Virus record (IMG/VR): IMGVR_UViG_3300037467_000966
DNA: 64,000 bases
From: a virus
Lineage: Duplodnaviria > Heunggongvirae > Uroviricota > Caudoviricetes
Strand: one strand, 5' to 3'
The notes beneath the pieces are model-generated. The model worked only from the letters and a program-made list of their open reading frames with translations, searched no databases and was not told where the DNA came from. The stretch's first letter is position 1. Every line of letters starts with the position of its first letter. A program made the translations under genes and the position numbers. Below, piece after piece: positions 9,547 to 18,428 of the stretch.

Positions 9547-9785
9547 TCATCTGGCCTCCATCCTAAAACATGTACAACAAAATATCCAACAGGGAAAATT
9601 AAAACAAGAAAGCCAATAACGCAACTTGTTATAATGGGCTGTTGTTTAAAACCTGCAATAACAAGCATGACAACTGCAATTGCTAGAAGCAGGATTAATA
9701 GAATTTGTATACCTACCATGAAGTAAGTGCCCCAGCTTATCCAGGGAAACTTCTTTTTCTTTTCTTTGTTAAGATTGACTGCCAT
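9540..9785 (-). CDS. Small membrane protein (two TM helices)
   Basis: 81-aa ORF with hydrophobic core ...GTYFMVGIQILLILLLAIAVVMLVIAGF. Confidence 0.45.
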   Translation of the reverse strand: MAVNLNKEKKKKFPWISWGTYFMVGIQILLILLLAIAVVMLVIAGFKQQPIITSCVIGFLVLIFPVGYFVVHVLGWRPDEW

Positions 9786-9786
9786 A

Positions 9787-10047
9787 TCAATACTCCTTAC
9801 TTAGTAGCATTGCAGCGCCCTTATTGCTCTTTAAAGATTCGCTTAGGTACAATGGAGTAAACCCACGGTCAAAGGTTAGAATGCCTTCCCAACCTGCGTA
9901 CAAGCTGCCGTAGTTTTCTACAAGTCTAAAAGTTCCTTCGCATTTGTTTGGGGCCATACTAATTAACTCAAGCTTATGAAAGCTATACTCATATACCCAG
10001 CCAACTTTAAAACGATTGCCTTGTGAGTCACGTCTTTCTGGTGGCAT
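9787..10047 (-). CDS. KEW-tail family small protein (C-terminus ...AAMLLSKEY)
   Basis: First member, in transcription-terminal position, of a tandem array of small proteins sharing the C-terminal LL(S/D)KEW peptide. Confidence 0.55.
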   Translation of the reverse strand: MPPERRDSQGNRFKVGWVYEYSFHKLELISMAPNKCEGTFRLVENYGSLYAGWEGILTFDRGFTPLYLSESLKSNKGAAMLLSKEY

Positions 10048-10048
10048 G

Positions 10049-10342
10049 TTACCACTCCTTACTTAATAAATTAACGGCTTCTTTATTTGATTCAATAGCA
10101 ATTTCAACGGCGTCTTCTGCTGTTATACCTAGTCCTACTCCATTGCCCATAGGAACATTCATCCTACGTACAAACTCGGAGTAGTTATAATCATCAGGTT
10201 CCAAGCGGAGAACCTTCTCATTATCTTCACTAGGAATTACCCGATAGCCACCATTAGATTTCTTTTCTACATCAAAGACTTAACCTATCATTTTTTTATA
10301 CCACTTGCTAGTGGAAGAAATACTTTTAATTCGTACTTTCAT
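10049..10342 (-). pseudogene. KEW-tail family member interrupted by an in-frame TAA after codon 20 (nonsense pseudogene, or shorter product from an internal start)
   Basis: Minus-strand frame reads MKVRIKSISSTSKWYKKMIG*VFDVEKK...NKEAVNLLSKEW. The stop follows an A7 tract and the same frame continues to the family C-terminus. Confidence 0.5.
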
Positions 10343-10343
10343 C

Positions 10344-10652
10344 TTACCACTCCTTTGAAAGCAATCGCTTTGCTTCCATATTGTTTTTCGCTTGAGGAAA
10401 CATCAGGTCTTCTTCAGGATAAGAGTTCCTATAAGTTAGCGCATCCTGCGGCCAATCTTCTGGAGCCACTACGCGAATATCATACCACCATCCTGTCTTG
10501 AAATCACCGTCGTCCCAGAACACATCTAAGATTCTAGCTTGTGGTGTCTGCCAACTGCCGAGTTGCTTTATGTAATAAGCCTTTGGCTGTAGCGTAATGA
10601 TATCGCCTACCTTAAAGTTAGCCGTCTCCTTGCTCGGTCTATTTCTTGCCAT
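10344..10652 (-). CDS. KEW-tail family small protein (...EAKRLLSKEW)
   Basis: 102-aa ORF with the C-terminal family motif, tightly packed against its neighbours. Confidence 0.6.
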   Translation of the reverse strand: MARNRPSKETANFKVGDIITLQPKAYYIKQLGSWQTPQARILDVFWDDGDFKTGWWYDIRVVAPEDWPQDALTYRNSYPEEDLMFPQAKNNMEAKRLLSKEW

Positions 10653-10653
10653 C

Positions 10654-10959
10654 TCACCACTCCTTGCTTAAACGTTTTTTCGCTTCTTGATTTGTTACTG
10701 GAGGAGCTTCCGCCAACATCAAATCTATATCGCGATAATATAATTCATCTTGGGTTTCATCTTCCCAGAGGACAGAATATTGAAAGTGCTTAAAGTGTTT
10801 AGAATACTTTCCTTCTATCTCTCCTTGGTGACATCTACCCACAATGGTTCCGACAACAGCATATTCTTCTCCATTGTCACCTTCTCTTTTGTTTTGTTCG
10901 TACCACTCTGAATCATCTGTAAGTAGTACTTTCTCTCCTAATTCATACATACCTACCAC
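10654..10959 (-). CDS. KEW-tail family small protein (...EAKKRLSKEW)
   Basis: 101-aa ORF. The true start is probably ATG at 10948-10950 (MYELGEK...). Confidence 0.6.
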   Translation of the reverse strand: MVGMYELGEKVLLTDDSEWYEQNKREGDNGEEYAVVGTIVGRCHQGEIEGKYSKHFKHFQYSVLWEDETQDELYYRDIDLMLAEAPPVTNQEAKKRLSKEW

Positions 10960-11171
10960 TCCTTGTCCAATAGGGTAGAAGCCCCTTTGTTATTACTAGA
11001 TACAGGAGCTAAACATGATAGAAAAGAATGACATTCTACGCCATTGTCCCATTTAATACGAGGACTTTCTTTTCCTTCTCCTTCTATAATGGTTCCTGTC
11101 ATACCAACTGGAACATTATATCCTGGGTGTACATACTTAATTCGTTTGACTCTTTGACCTTTGTAATACAT
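10953..11171 (-). CDS. KEW-tail family small protein (...ASTLLDKEW)
   Basis: Start adjusted to the internal ATG (MYYKGQRVKR...) just after the upstream gene's stop. The longer track ORF overlaps its neighbour out of frame. Confidence 0.5.
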   Translation of the reverse strand: MYYKGQRVKRIKYVHPGYNVPVGMTGTIIEGEGKESPRIKWDNGVECHSFLSCLAPVSSNNKGASTLLDKEW

Positions 11172-11172
11172 T

Positions 11173-11445
11173 CTACCACTCCTTGTCCAGCAGCCTAGCA
11201 GCTTCCTTATTACTAGAAGAAGGAATAGAAATAATCCTATCTCCATATGGGTCTAGCCTGTGAGACACTACGCTGCCAAGCCAGCCGCATCCTTTTGGCT
11301 TTCTTACAATCGTTGCCATGTTAGCATGGTCATCCCAGGCCAAATCCCTTGGCAACTCAAAATCCATTCCAATTGCATCCATAGAAATAGATTTCCTTTT
11401 ATTCTGCCCTATGCGGATAATCGTTCCTTTTGGAAGCTTCTTCAT
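11173..11445 (-). CDS. KEW-tail family small protein (...EAARLLDKEW)
   Basis: 90-aa ORF, first gene of the tandem array. Confidence 0.6.
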   Translation of the reverse strand: MKKLPKGTIIRIGQNKRKSISMDAIGMDFELPRDLAWDDHANMATIVRKPKGCGWLGSVVSHRLDPYGDRIISIPSSSNKEAARLLDKEW

Positions 11446-12044
11446 ACCATCACTCCTTGAATAAAAAAAATTCTTTACCCAATAGAAAGTACAAACAAGA
11501 TAGGATTCGAATCAGCGTGTGCATGCCCCAGGTTAGCAGCTAAAGGAAACCATAGGTTCCTCCACTCATCTAATACCTATCATTGATAAGAGAACGTCAG
11601 ACCAGGCTGGTAATTTCTAGGCATGCATTTAACCCCACCTGTACCATGAGGTCACCTACAACGTCTTGGAATTCTCTTATGCGTACTCTCTATTCAGTAA
11701 AGAATTTAAAAAGCTCCTTGGGCAGGAAGAAAATAAGATACAATCATAGGCTTCAGTGCTTACCATCCGACAGTGGGACTCGAACCCACACGCCTCTCGG
11801 CGGACAGAGCTATCTCCGTCTGCGTCTGCCAATTTCGCCATGCCCGATGGGGCTTACTTGGCACCTATGATATGGAGAAGAACTTCGGATTGGTGTCTAT
11901 TGCAGACCCCAGAAGGAATCGAACCAGCTACTTTCCGCTTATAGGCGGCTGTTTTACCCAATAAACTATGCGGGCCTCCACTACACCGTAGTTCCTGGCA
12001 TTCTTCTCATTCTTATTCTCTACCTGCCCAAAGAGCAAGTAACC

Positions 12045-12602
12045 TTATTTACCTAGTATGTGTTCAACAATATCACTGACTCCGTGGAATCCGTAAATCA
12101 TTGTAACACCGTCAAGCTTTTCAAGCTCCTGATTCCAATGATGACTAGGAACCAGAACAGGTCGCCCTGTCTTAATCCAATCTACCACATTATGGATAGC
12201 ATCGTCAATTAAAATGTCCGCATTAATTAGGTCTTTCCTAGATGCCGTAATAAAATTCCTTTGTGGAATGAATGGAAGATTCTTTTGCAACCAGTTCCAC
12301 TTACCACCTACTGCGTTAGGAAAAGCAGACGTAACAATAATGACATCATAGTTTTCAGTAAGCTTCTTTAGTTCAGGAACAACATATTCATCAACCAGTT
12401 CCAGGCTTTCATAAGTCGCTGGGTCATTCAGATAAGATATTAAATCATAGTCAGGATGAAATACCTCATGTTTAAATGCCGCCATCTGTTCGTATTCTAA
12501 TTGATGGTCTGGGTGAAGAATATTGTGGTGTTCCATAATCCGTTTCATTAAATAAACAATTGTGTCGTCCATATCAACCGCGACGATTTTCTTTTTCTCC
12601 AT
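12045..12602 (-). CDS. 5'(3')-deoxyribonucleotidase (HAD superfamily, NT5C-like)
   Basis: N-terminal HAD motif I VAVDMDDTIV, with size and layout of dNMP nucleotidases. Confidence 0.8.
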   Translation of the reverse strand: MEKKKIVAVDMDDTIVYLMKRIMEHHNILHPDHQLEYEQMAAFKHEVFHPDYDLISYLNDPATYESLELVDEYVVPELKKLTENYDVIIVTSAFPNAVGGKWNWLQKNLPFIPQRNFITASRKDLINADILIDDAIHNVVDWIKTGRPVLVPSHHWNQELEKLDGVTMIYGFHGVSDIVEHILGK

Positions 12603-12645
12603 GTTAAGCCTCCCTGTAAATCTCTCTATCTATTGTACCAACTTA

Positions 12646-12990
12646 CTATTTTACATTCCATTCATATTTTTTCAAGAGGGATTTAGCCTCCGTATTCTTT
12701 TCAATGAATGGTTCGGCTTCATTCTTGCTAATCCACATCCACGGCCCTCTCTCATAACGCTCAGGCAAGTCGGAACTACGGTATGTTCGAATAATCTTAC
12801 CTACTCTTACATCGCCATCACTAATAAAAGTGCCAGTAGTTTCAACTCCTGTATGAACCAAGTACCAGCCGTACTTTGGGTCGCTGTCGTGTTCGTGTTC
12901 TTCAATGTAGACTTCTCGAATAGGATTCTGATTAAGGCTATCTCGAATATCACTGCTCCAATGATTCTGAACCTTTACGCGAACCTTCAT
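12646..12990 (-). CDS. KEW-tail-related small protein (...EAKSLLKKYEWNVK)
   Basis: 114-aa ORF. C-terminus is a variant of the family motif with a 3-aa extension. Confidence 0.5.
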   Translation of the reverse strand: MKVRVKVQNHWSSDIRDSLNQNPIREVYIEEHEHDSDPKYGWYLVHTGVETTGTFISDGDVRVGKIIRTYRSSDLPERYERGPWMWISKNEAEPFIEKNTEAKSLLKKYEWNVK

Positions 12991-13019
12991 GTTATCACCT
13001 CATAAAAAAAGACTACCGC

Positions 13020-13937
13020 TTACGCAGTAGCCTCCGTCTTTTTAGCAGGAACTTTCTTCGCTGGAGTCTTCTTTACTTCCACTTCAGCCTTTGGTTCTTC
13101 AACTGGTTCTGGTTTTAAGAAACGTGCCTTATTCAGCTTGGTATCAAAGCTCATCGTTTGTGCATTGAAGGTAACGGCATGAGTCTTTAATCCTTCACCC
13201 TGTCTTGCGTCAGCTGATAACACTGTATTGGCAAAACCTAATGCTAAGTTCGCTGCCGTTTGGTTCGTAAAGATGTTCTGAGGATTGCTCACGGCCCGCT
13301 CCGCACAACTCATTTCATGTGGAAGTTTATCTGTTGCCTCTAGAATCTCTGGATACATATCCGCTACGCTTGGAAGATTGAATAAGTGAGGAACCTTTTC
13401 GCCCTTCACAAAGTCACGTCCAGCATTGTAACCAACAACAACTTGACCAGCCCACTCTTCATTTCCCATGTCCAGCCAGAACATACCTTTTGTTTCCTTG
13501 AACACTTCATTCACAATCGCACGAGTCTTATTGTTATCCACCGCACCGACTACGAAAGGAACCAAGTTATGCCGATTAACAATTTGCTTTAACATCTTTG
13601 GCCCATCCAGATATTCTCCAATGATGGTTACCTCAACACCGAACGCACCGCCATAACGCATGCCCATGATTTCAGCTTTGTTATGACCAACATCTCTTGG
13701 CAAGAAGTTCTGACGTGTTAAGTTCTTATCCTCAACGCTGTCTGCATCAATGATAGTTACTGCATGCAATGCCTTGTTCTCCAGCTTAAGCATTCTGTTT
13801 TGAAGACTGATTTGACGAATTAATTGTGGAATAAAATAACCGCCGTTGCCGCCTGCTCCAATAATAATCCAATGCTTTGCCTTCTTTGCTTGTACATCCA
13901 AAGTATAAGTTGGTTCTAATGCCATTGATAAATCCAT
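13020..13937 (-). CDS. E1-like ubiquitin-activating enzyme (ThiF/MoeB fold)
   Basis: Rossmann motif WIIIGAGGNGGY, then IIDADSVEDKNLTRQNF...DVGHNKAEI (the E1/ThiF ATP-binding and arginine-finger region). K/P/E-rich C-terminal tail. Confidence 0.8.
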   Translation of the reverse strand: MDLSMALEPTYTLDVQAKKAKHWIIIGAGGNGGYFIPQLIRQISLQNRMLKLENKALHAVTIIDADSVEDKNLTRQNFLPRDVGHNKAEIMGMRYGGAFGVEVTIIGEYLDGPKMLKQIVNRHNLVPFVVGAVDNNKTRAIVNEVFKETKGMFWLDMGNEEWAGQVVVGYNAGRDFVKGEKVPHLFNLPSVADMYPEILEATDKLPHEMSCAERAVSNPQNIFTNQTAANLALGFANTVLSADARQGEGLKTHAVTFNAQTMSFDTKLNKARFLKPEPVEEPKAEVEVKKTPAKKVPAKKTEATA

Positions 13938-14007
13938 GATTAATTCCTCCTAGTTTTTGTTTTGTTCCTTAATTGAAGTAAGAGCAGCCAAAGACTGCCC
14001 TCTCTTC

Positions 14008-15294
14008 TTAATCTAAGAACCAATCATTACGTTCGCCATGAAGATGACCATAACCGCTGTTCTCAGTCATTGTATCACTCACAACGTAATCGTACCCAAG
14101 GTCAATCAGCTCTTGAACGATTTCCTTAACGGTCTCTTCCACTTCGCCAATTGATTTAGTGTCGTCTCCCAGATTTTTTTCCAGAAAAATTTCGACTTCT
14201 GTTCTCGGCTCGCTGCTTGCGCTTTTGCTCGCGCTGCTCCCGCTTAGTGATTCTTTTTTTTTAGAATCTAAGCCTTGTGCTTTCGCATTAGCTGCCACAA
14301 TATCATCCTTGTTCGCTCGTCCCCCTGGTGAGCCATGGTAGCCATAGCCGCCAGATGTCCCATACCCATAGTAGTCCCACTCGTCCCCCCACTTGTCGTA
14401 ACTGGGAGATGTCCCTGTCCCCGACTTTTTTGCGTGATAGTTGTAACCTCCGTAAGAACGAGAGTGTTGTCCCATCCAATCGTCTGGAGCTTCAACACGA
14501 GGCCATGGTCCTTTAAATGATTTGTGTTCTACTTTTTCTTCGACTACTGGTTCGAATCCTTCTACTGGTACAGTAGTTGTTACCAGTGTCTTGATTTCTA
14601 CTTGAGGAATATCAAACAGCAAAGCTGGGTCAATGTTTACGCGTGTGCCGCCACATACCCAACGGAATAAGAAGTTTGGTTCATCCTTGTCGATGTTGCC
14701 CCATACTCCGTAGAACTGAGTCATGTTTTCATTGGCATCATCTGTACCAGACCAGAACGCTCCCATCGTATGGTGGCTGTGCGTCTCACATAATGGTGTG
14801 CAATTCTCACGAAGATAATTCACCATCCCATCCTGATGGAACTCAGATAATGAACCAGAGTTCTTTTGCTGTGGACAATACACAATCAACTGTCCATCTT
14901 CAATAAGGCCCTTGATGTCTGTGCCATCTGTATACTTTGGTGGCAGCTCCACATTATCATGATTCCAGAAGAACAATGCGCTGGCTTCTGTCTTATCCTT
15001 CGTATGAACATCACGATAGAAAGTTAATACCATGATTAGATACTTCAAAGGAATCTTTGGAATCAATAACTCTGGACCTTCTTCCATTGATTCAAGACCT
15101 GGAATTGCTTTGTCCGCTGGGATATCTGAAAGCTTTACTTTGAATAAAGCAACAGGAGTCTTCACCACTCGGAAGACCCCGTTACGTGCAACAACGATAT
15201 TGGTTGGTTTATCATAAGCCTCAGCTGGTTGTGGACCGAAGTGCTTACCTACTAATTGACCTGCTAACATTGCGGTTAAATCTAAATTTGCCAT
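14008..15294 (-). CDS. JAB/MPN (JAMM) metallopeptidase with long low-complexity G/Y/S-rich C-terminal region
   Basis: Perfect JAMM motif E...HSHHTMGAFWSGTD (H-x-H-x7-S-x2-D). Confidence 0.75.
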   Translation of the reverse strand: MANLDLTAMLAGQLVGKHFGPQPAEAYDKPTNIVVARNGVFRVVKTPVALFKVKLSDIPADKAIPGLESMEEGPELLIPKIPLKYLIMVLTFYRDVHTKDKTEASALFFWNHDNVELPPKYTDGTDIKGLIEDGQLIVYCPQQKNSGSLSEFHQDGMVNYLRENCTPLCETHSHHTMGAFWSGTDDANENMTQFYGVWGNIDKDEPNFLFRWVCGGTRVNIDPALLFDIPQVEIKTLVTTTVPVEGFEPVVEEKVEHKSFKGPWPRVEAPDDWMGQHSRSYGGYNYHAKKSGTGTSPSYDKWGDEWDYYGYGTSGGYGYHGSPGGRANKDDIVAANAKAQGLDSKKKESLSGSSASKSASSEPRTEVEIFLEKNLGDDTKSIGEVEETVKEIVQELIDLGYDYVVSDTMTENSGYGHLHGERNDWFLD

Positions 15295-15336
15295 TTTAAA
15301 ATTCCTCCAATTGTTTTAGTTTTTTGTTTGATTATC

Positions 15337-16095
15337 TTAACGTAAATACTGTTCACCATGACGACGAATGGCATCGCCTAAACGAATTGCTGGCTGTAAA
15401 ATATCATTCTTGAATCGTGGTGTTTCCCCTTTTGCGTCTGCTTCTTTACAGATTCTGTCCATGTATTGCAGTAAGTGAATCGTTCTCTCACGTACAATAC
15501 GTTGACCGTTTACCGTATCTTCAAAGCGCTCAAACTTGCCGCCATCTAAATCATTATTAAATGGATTAGCGAAGAAGCGGTCTGGAACAGTCATGATGGA
15601 TTTAGAACCACCAAGCGCTGGGTAATCAGACTCAGAACCCCAGCATAGGTAACTATGATTAGAGTTCGCAAATGGGAATGTATACAATTGGTCATTCAAG
15701 CTAAGCACAGGTTGCTTAATCGCATATGCTACTCCGTGGCGATACCGACGCGTATCATTTGCTGGGTTGTGCAAAACATGAATAATCCAAACTGCTGCTG
15801 GTGCTACAATCTGAAACTCAGGGAACGCATTCTCCCCTGTCTCGCTTCTCATATCAAACTTGGCAATGTGCCTTGTCTCTGGAGTTGCGATAACATACTG
15901 TTCCATGTTATTAACCTTTGTATATTTTTGTACGCCAAAACCATAAGGAAGAAGCGGCGATTCAATCCGCTCACCTCTGGTTAGGACTTCTTGAATTGCT
16001 TGAACATTTGTATTTTTGATTGAGCGCTCTCCATTACGGATAACTTCAATCTGAATACTATCTGGATTTAAGTGAATACTTGTGCGGTTTTCCAT
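15337..16095 (-). CDS. Putative E2-like (UBC-fold) conjugating enzyme
   Basis: FPFANSNHSYLCWGSESDYPAL aligns with the UbcH5 active-site region [23 protein letters not shown] (NSN-x-S-x2-C followed by S-x-W/Y-x-PAL). Adjacent to JAB and E1. Confidence 0.45.
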   Translation of the reverse strand: MENRTSIHLNPDSIQIEVIRNGERSIKNTNVQAIQEVLTRGERIESPLLPYGFGVQKYTKVNNMEQYVIATPETRHIAKFDMRSETGENAFPEFQIVAPAAVWIIHVLHNPANDTRRYRHGVAYAIKQPVLSLNDQLYTFPFANSNHSYLCWGSESDYPALGGSKSIMTVPDRFFANPFNNDLDGGKFERFEDTVNGQRIVRERTIHLLQYMDRICKEADAKGETPRFKNDILQPAIRLGDAIRRHGEQYLR

Positions 16096-16107
16096 TTCAA
16101 TTCCTCC

Positions 16108-17811
16108 TTAGAATGGTAAATCTTCTTCGTAAGTGTACTCTTCAATTACATCAAATGGCAGATGGTAATCATGGATTGCAACCCTTGCTCCATTGCTTAT
16201 ACCAGCGTATACGCATGCAGCATCAAGCTCACGGAAACGTCTTACATCCCCGCCTTCACGAATAACTACATAGCGCTCTAGTGGAATCGCTCTGCCGTTC
16301 ACATAGATGCCAGGTGCTGTTGCCCGCGGTGGTTCTGCAGTTGGTTCAGCTTGTACAACTTCTTCCACCTGAGCATTTAATCGAGCAATCAACTCATCAA
16401 ATGGCGTCTGCGTTGGAACTTCTTCCACCACTGGTTGTGCTGGCTGAGCTTGCAACTGTTGACGAAGTTGTTCAGCTAAAGCATGACGGCGTTCAGCATT
16501 GGCTCTCGCTTCTGCTTCTATACGCTGACGTTCTTGCTCTTCCAACTCTTGGAGTCGCGCTTCTTCCTCTTGGCGTCTTATGCGCTCAGCTTCCTGACGA
16601 GCACGTTCTTGTTCCATCTCACGACGGATTTGCTCTTCACGCTGACGACGTTCTTCTTCTAAACGAAGTCTTTCTGCTTCTTGACGAGCACGCTCTTCTG
16701 CCTCTTCACGCTCCTTCTGAATACGCTCCTGCTCTAACCAAGGCTCAATCTCAGCCTCCGCCTCACGACGGATACGCTGAGTAACCTCTAGCAACTCAGT
16801 ATGTCCTTCTGGCAATAAGTGCTTCCAGAATTCCATATTAAATTCAGCATAGATGTAATCTTGGATAACGATTGGAGCAACACCATTACGGCTACGGTCA
16901 CCAGTCATATCAATGCTGGTAACTTTACCCCAACCTTGCAGCTCATAACCTTCTGGCTCTTGGTAACCATCGAATGGTGGCAATGCAATCCATCCTTCTT
17001 CTTCAGAACCTGATGGAGCCATAACCTTTACCTTGAGTCCTGTAGGCACCATTTCCGCCGCTGTAGGAGCGACAGCATATTCAGGAGCCTTACCATTCTC
17101 TCTTGCCCATTCAAGGAACTTGTGAGCAAATAAGCGGTCTGTTGCATCAGCTGATTCTTGAAGCTGAACCGCTGGCTTGAATAACTTCTCCATCACCCTG
17201 CGGCTATAATCTCGAAGCTCAGTGCGGATACGCTCTAATCGTTCTTGCTCACGGCGCTGAATCTCTGCTTCCATTAACCTTGTAACTTCACCATGGATTG
17301 CAGCTAGCGCAGAATCCTTACTGTACTCAGCATCAATCCAGTTAACAAAATCAACTAGGCCAGACTGAATGAATTGATAGATGCGATTGGTCTTGAACGG
17401 AATGTACAAGAATGTATTCCCGTTTCTTTCTTCGCGGCGAACCACATAACCAGATTGAAAAGAATTACGATTGTCTCTCATTCTCCTATAAAGCTGATTG
17501 TGGTTCTGCTCAAACCAAGACTTCCATTCAGGTTCACTATTATAGATTTCTCTTATCTTGTTAGCTTTCCTGTGGATGTGACTATCAAGACGTAGAGAAT
17601 AACTATGTTGGTTCTGTCTAATGCGACAGCCAGGGAACTTCTTCTTTAGATAAGCGAACACTAAATCTTTCACTATCTCTTCTTCCTGTGCTCCTGTTTG
17701 TGGAAGCGGCGGAAACTCTTCAATGTATTGCTTGTTGGCAAGTAGCCTAGAACTCATTACAAAGTTTAACTTGCTGACTAATGCGGTTGCATTAACTGTC
17801 ATGTCCCTCAC
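16108..17811 (-). CDS. Large hypothetical protein with long E/R/Q-rich coiled-coil segment
   Basis: 567-aa ORF inside the Ubl-E2-JAB-E1 operon. Candidate adaptor, E3 or target. Confidence 0.6.
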   Translation of the reverse strand: MRDMTVNATALVSKLNFVMSSRLLANKQYIEEFPPLPQTGAQEEEIVKDLVFAYLKKKFPGCRIRQNQHSYSLRLDSHIHRKANKIREIYNSEPEWKSWFEQNHNQLYRRMRDNRNSFQSGYVVRREERNGNTFLYIPFKTNRIYQFIQSGLVDFVNWIDAEYSKDSALAAIHGEVTRLMEAEIQRREQERLERIRTELRDYSRRVMEKLFKPAVQLQESADATDRLFAHKFLEWARENGKAPEYAVAPTAAEMVPTGLKVKVMAPSGSEEEGWIALPPFDGYQEPEGYELQGWGKVTSIDMTGDRSRNGVAPIVIQDYIYAEFNMEFWKHLLPEGHTELLEVTQRIRREAEAEIEPWLEQERIQKEREEAEERARQEAERLRLEEERRQREEQIRREMEQERARQEAERIRRQEEEARLQELEEQERQRIEAEARANAERRHALAEQLRQQLQAQPAQPVVEEVPTQTPFDELIARLNAQVEEVVQAEPTAEPPRATAPGIYVNGRAIPLERYVVIREGGDVRRFRELDAACVYAGISNGARVAIHDYHLPFDVIEEYTYEEDLPF

Positions 17812-17816
17812 CTCTC

Positions 17817-18368
17817 TTAAATAAAGTCAATAGATTCAACTGCTACTGTTCTTGCACGAGTTATTTGATTCACAAAGCCAACGACTTGTCTTTCTACTTC
17901 TGGCAAACGACGCTGTATCTGATGCTTAAAATCATTAAGTTGACTATCATTGTAACGACTAAAGTCCTGAACGGTTTGTGCATTGTTTATCGTTTCAATG
18001 ATTTGTCTTAGGTCAGATGTCAGCAAAAATCTTTCCCGTTCACCCTCAAGGTCATTACAAATCCTTGCGATGTCTGGTAAGAATCCATTTGCTTCCCAGT
18101 GGTCAGCAGGCTCTTCATTCCTTACTACTTCTACTTCCACTGCTGGTCTTGCCTGTACTGCTTCTTCTGGATTCACTTGTTCATTCCTCCTTAGTGATTC
18201 ACATCTTTGACAAACTCGATAATGTGAATAAGAATCTCTATCAACCGTTTGGTTGCTGAAGCCTTGACCGCAATACATTCTGTCGCCGCTTCTTCTAATA
18301 TGAAGAACTCGCGTTGTATTACTTGGAACATACTCAATCGTTGCTACCATCTCTACACTCCCTTTCAT
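17817..18368 (-). CDS. Hypothetical protein with N-terminal Cys cluster (C-x19-CxxC), possible zinc-binding module
   Basis: 183-aa ORF directly downstream of the hexa-repeat gene. Confidence 0.55.
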   Translation of the reverse strand: MKGSVEMVATIEYVPSNTTRVLHIRRSGDRMYCGQGFSNQTVDRDSYSHYRVCQRCESLRRNEQVNPEEAVQARPAVEVEVVRNEEPADHWEANGFLPDIARICNDLEGERERFLLTSDLRQIIETINNAQTVQDFSRYNDSQLNDFKHQIQRRLPEVERQVVGFVNQITRARTVAVESIDFI

Positions 18369-18428
18369 AAAAAAATAGAGGGCCGTGCATAAGCAAGCAG
18401 CCCTCTACCTTTTGTCATGGTATCCAGA

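Noticed and set aside
11501-11935. Calling three bona fide tRNA genes from the T-loop motifs
   Set aside because: I could not pair acceptor stems or anticodon arms by hand. They are reported only as tRNA-like motifs pending covariance-model scans.
16281-16784. 167-aa plus-strand ORF (Leu-rich)
   Set aside because: Antisense shadow of the E/R/Q-rich coiled-coil region of the 567-aa minus-strand gene. GAR/CTY periodicity generates Leu-rich reverse frames.
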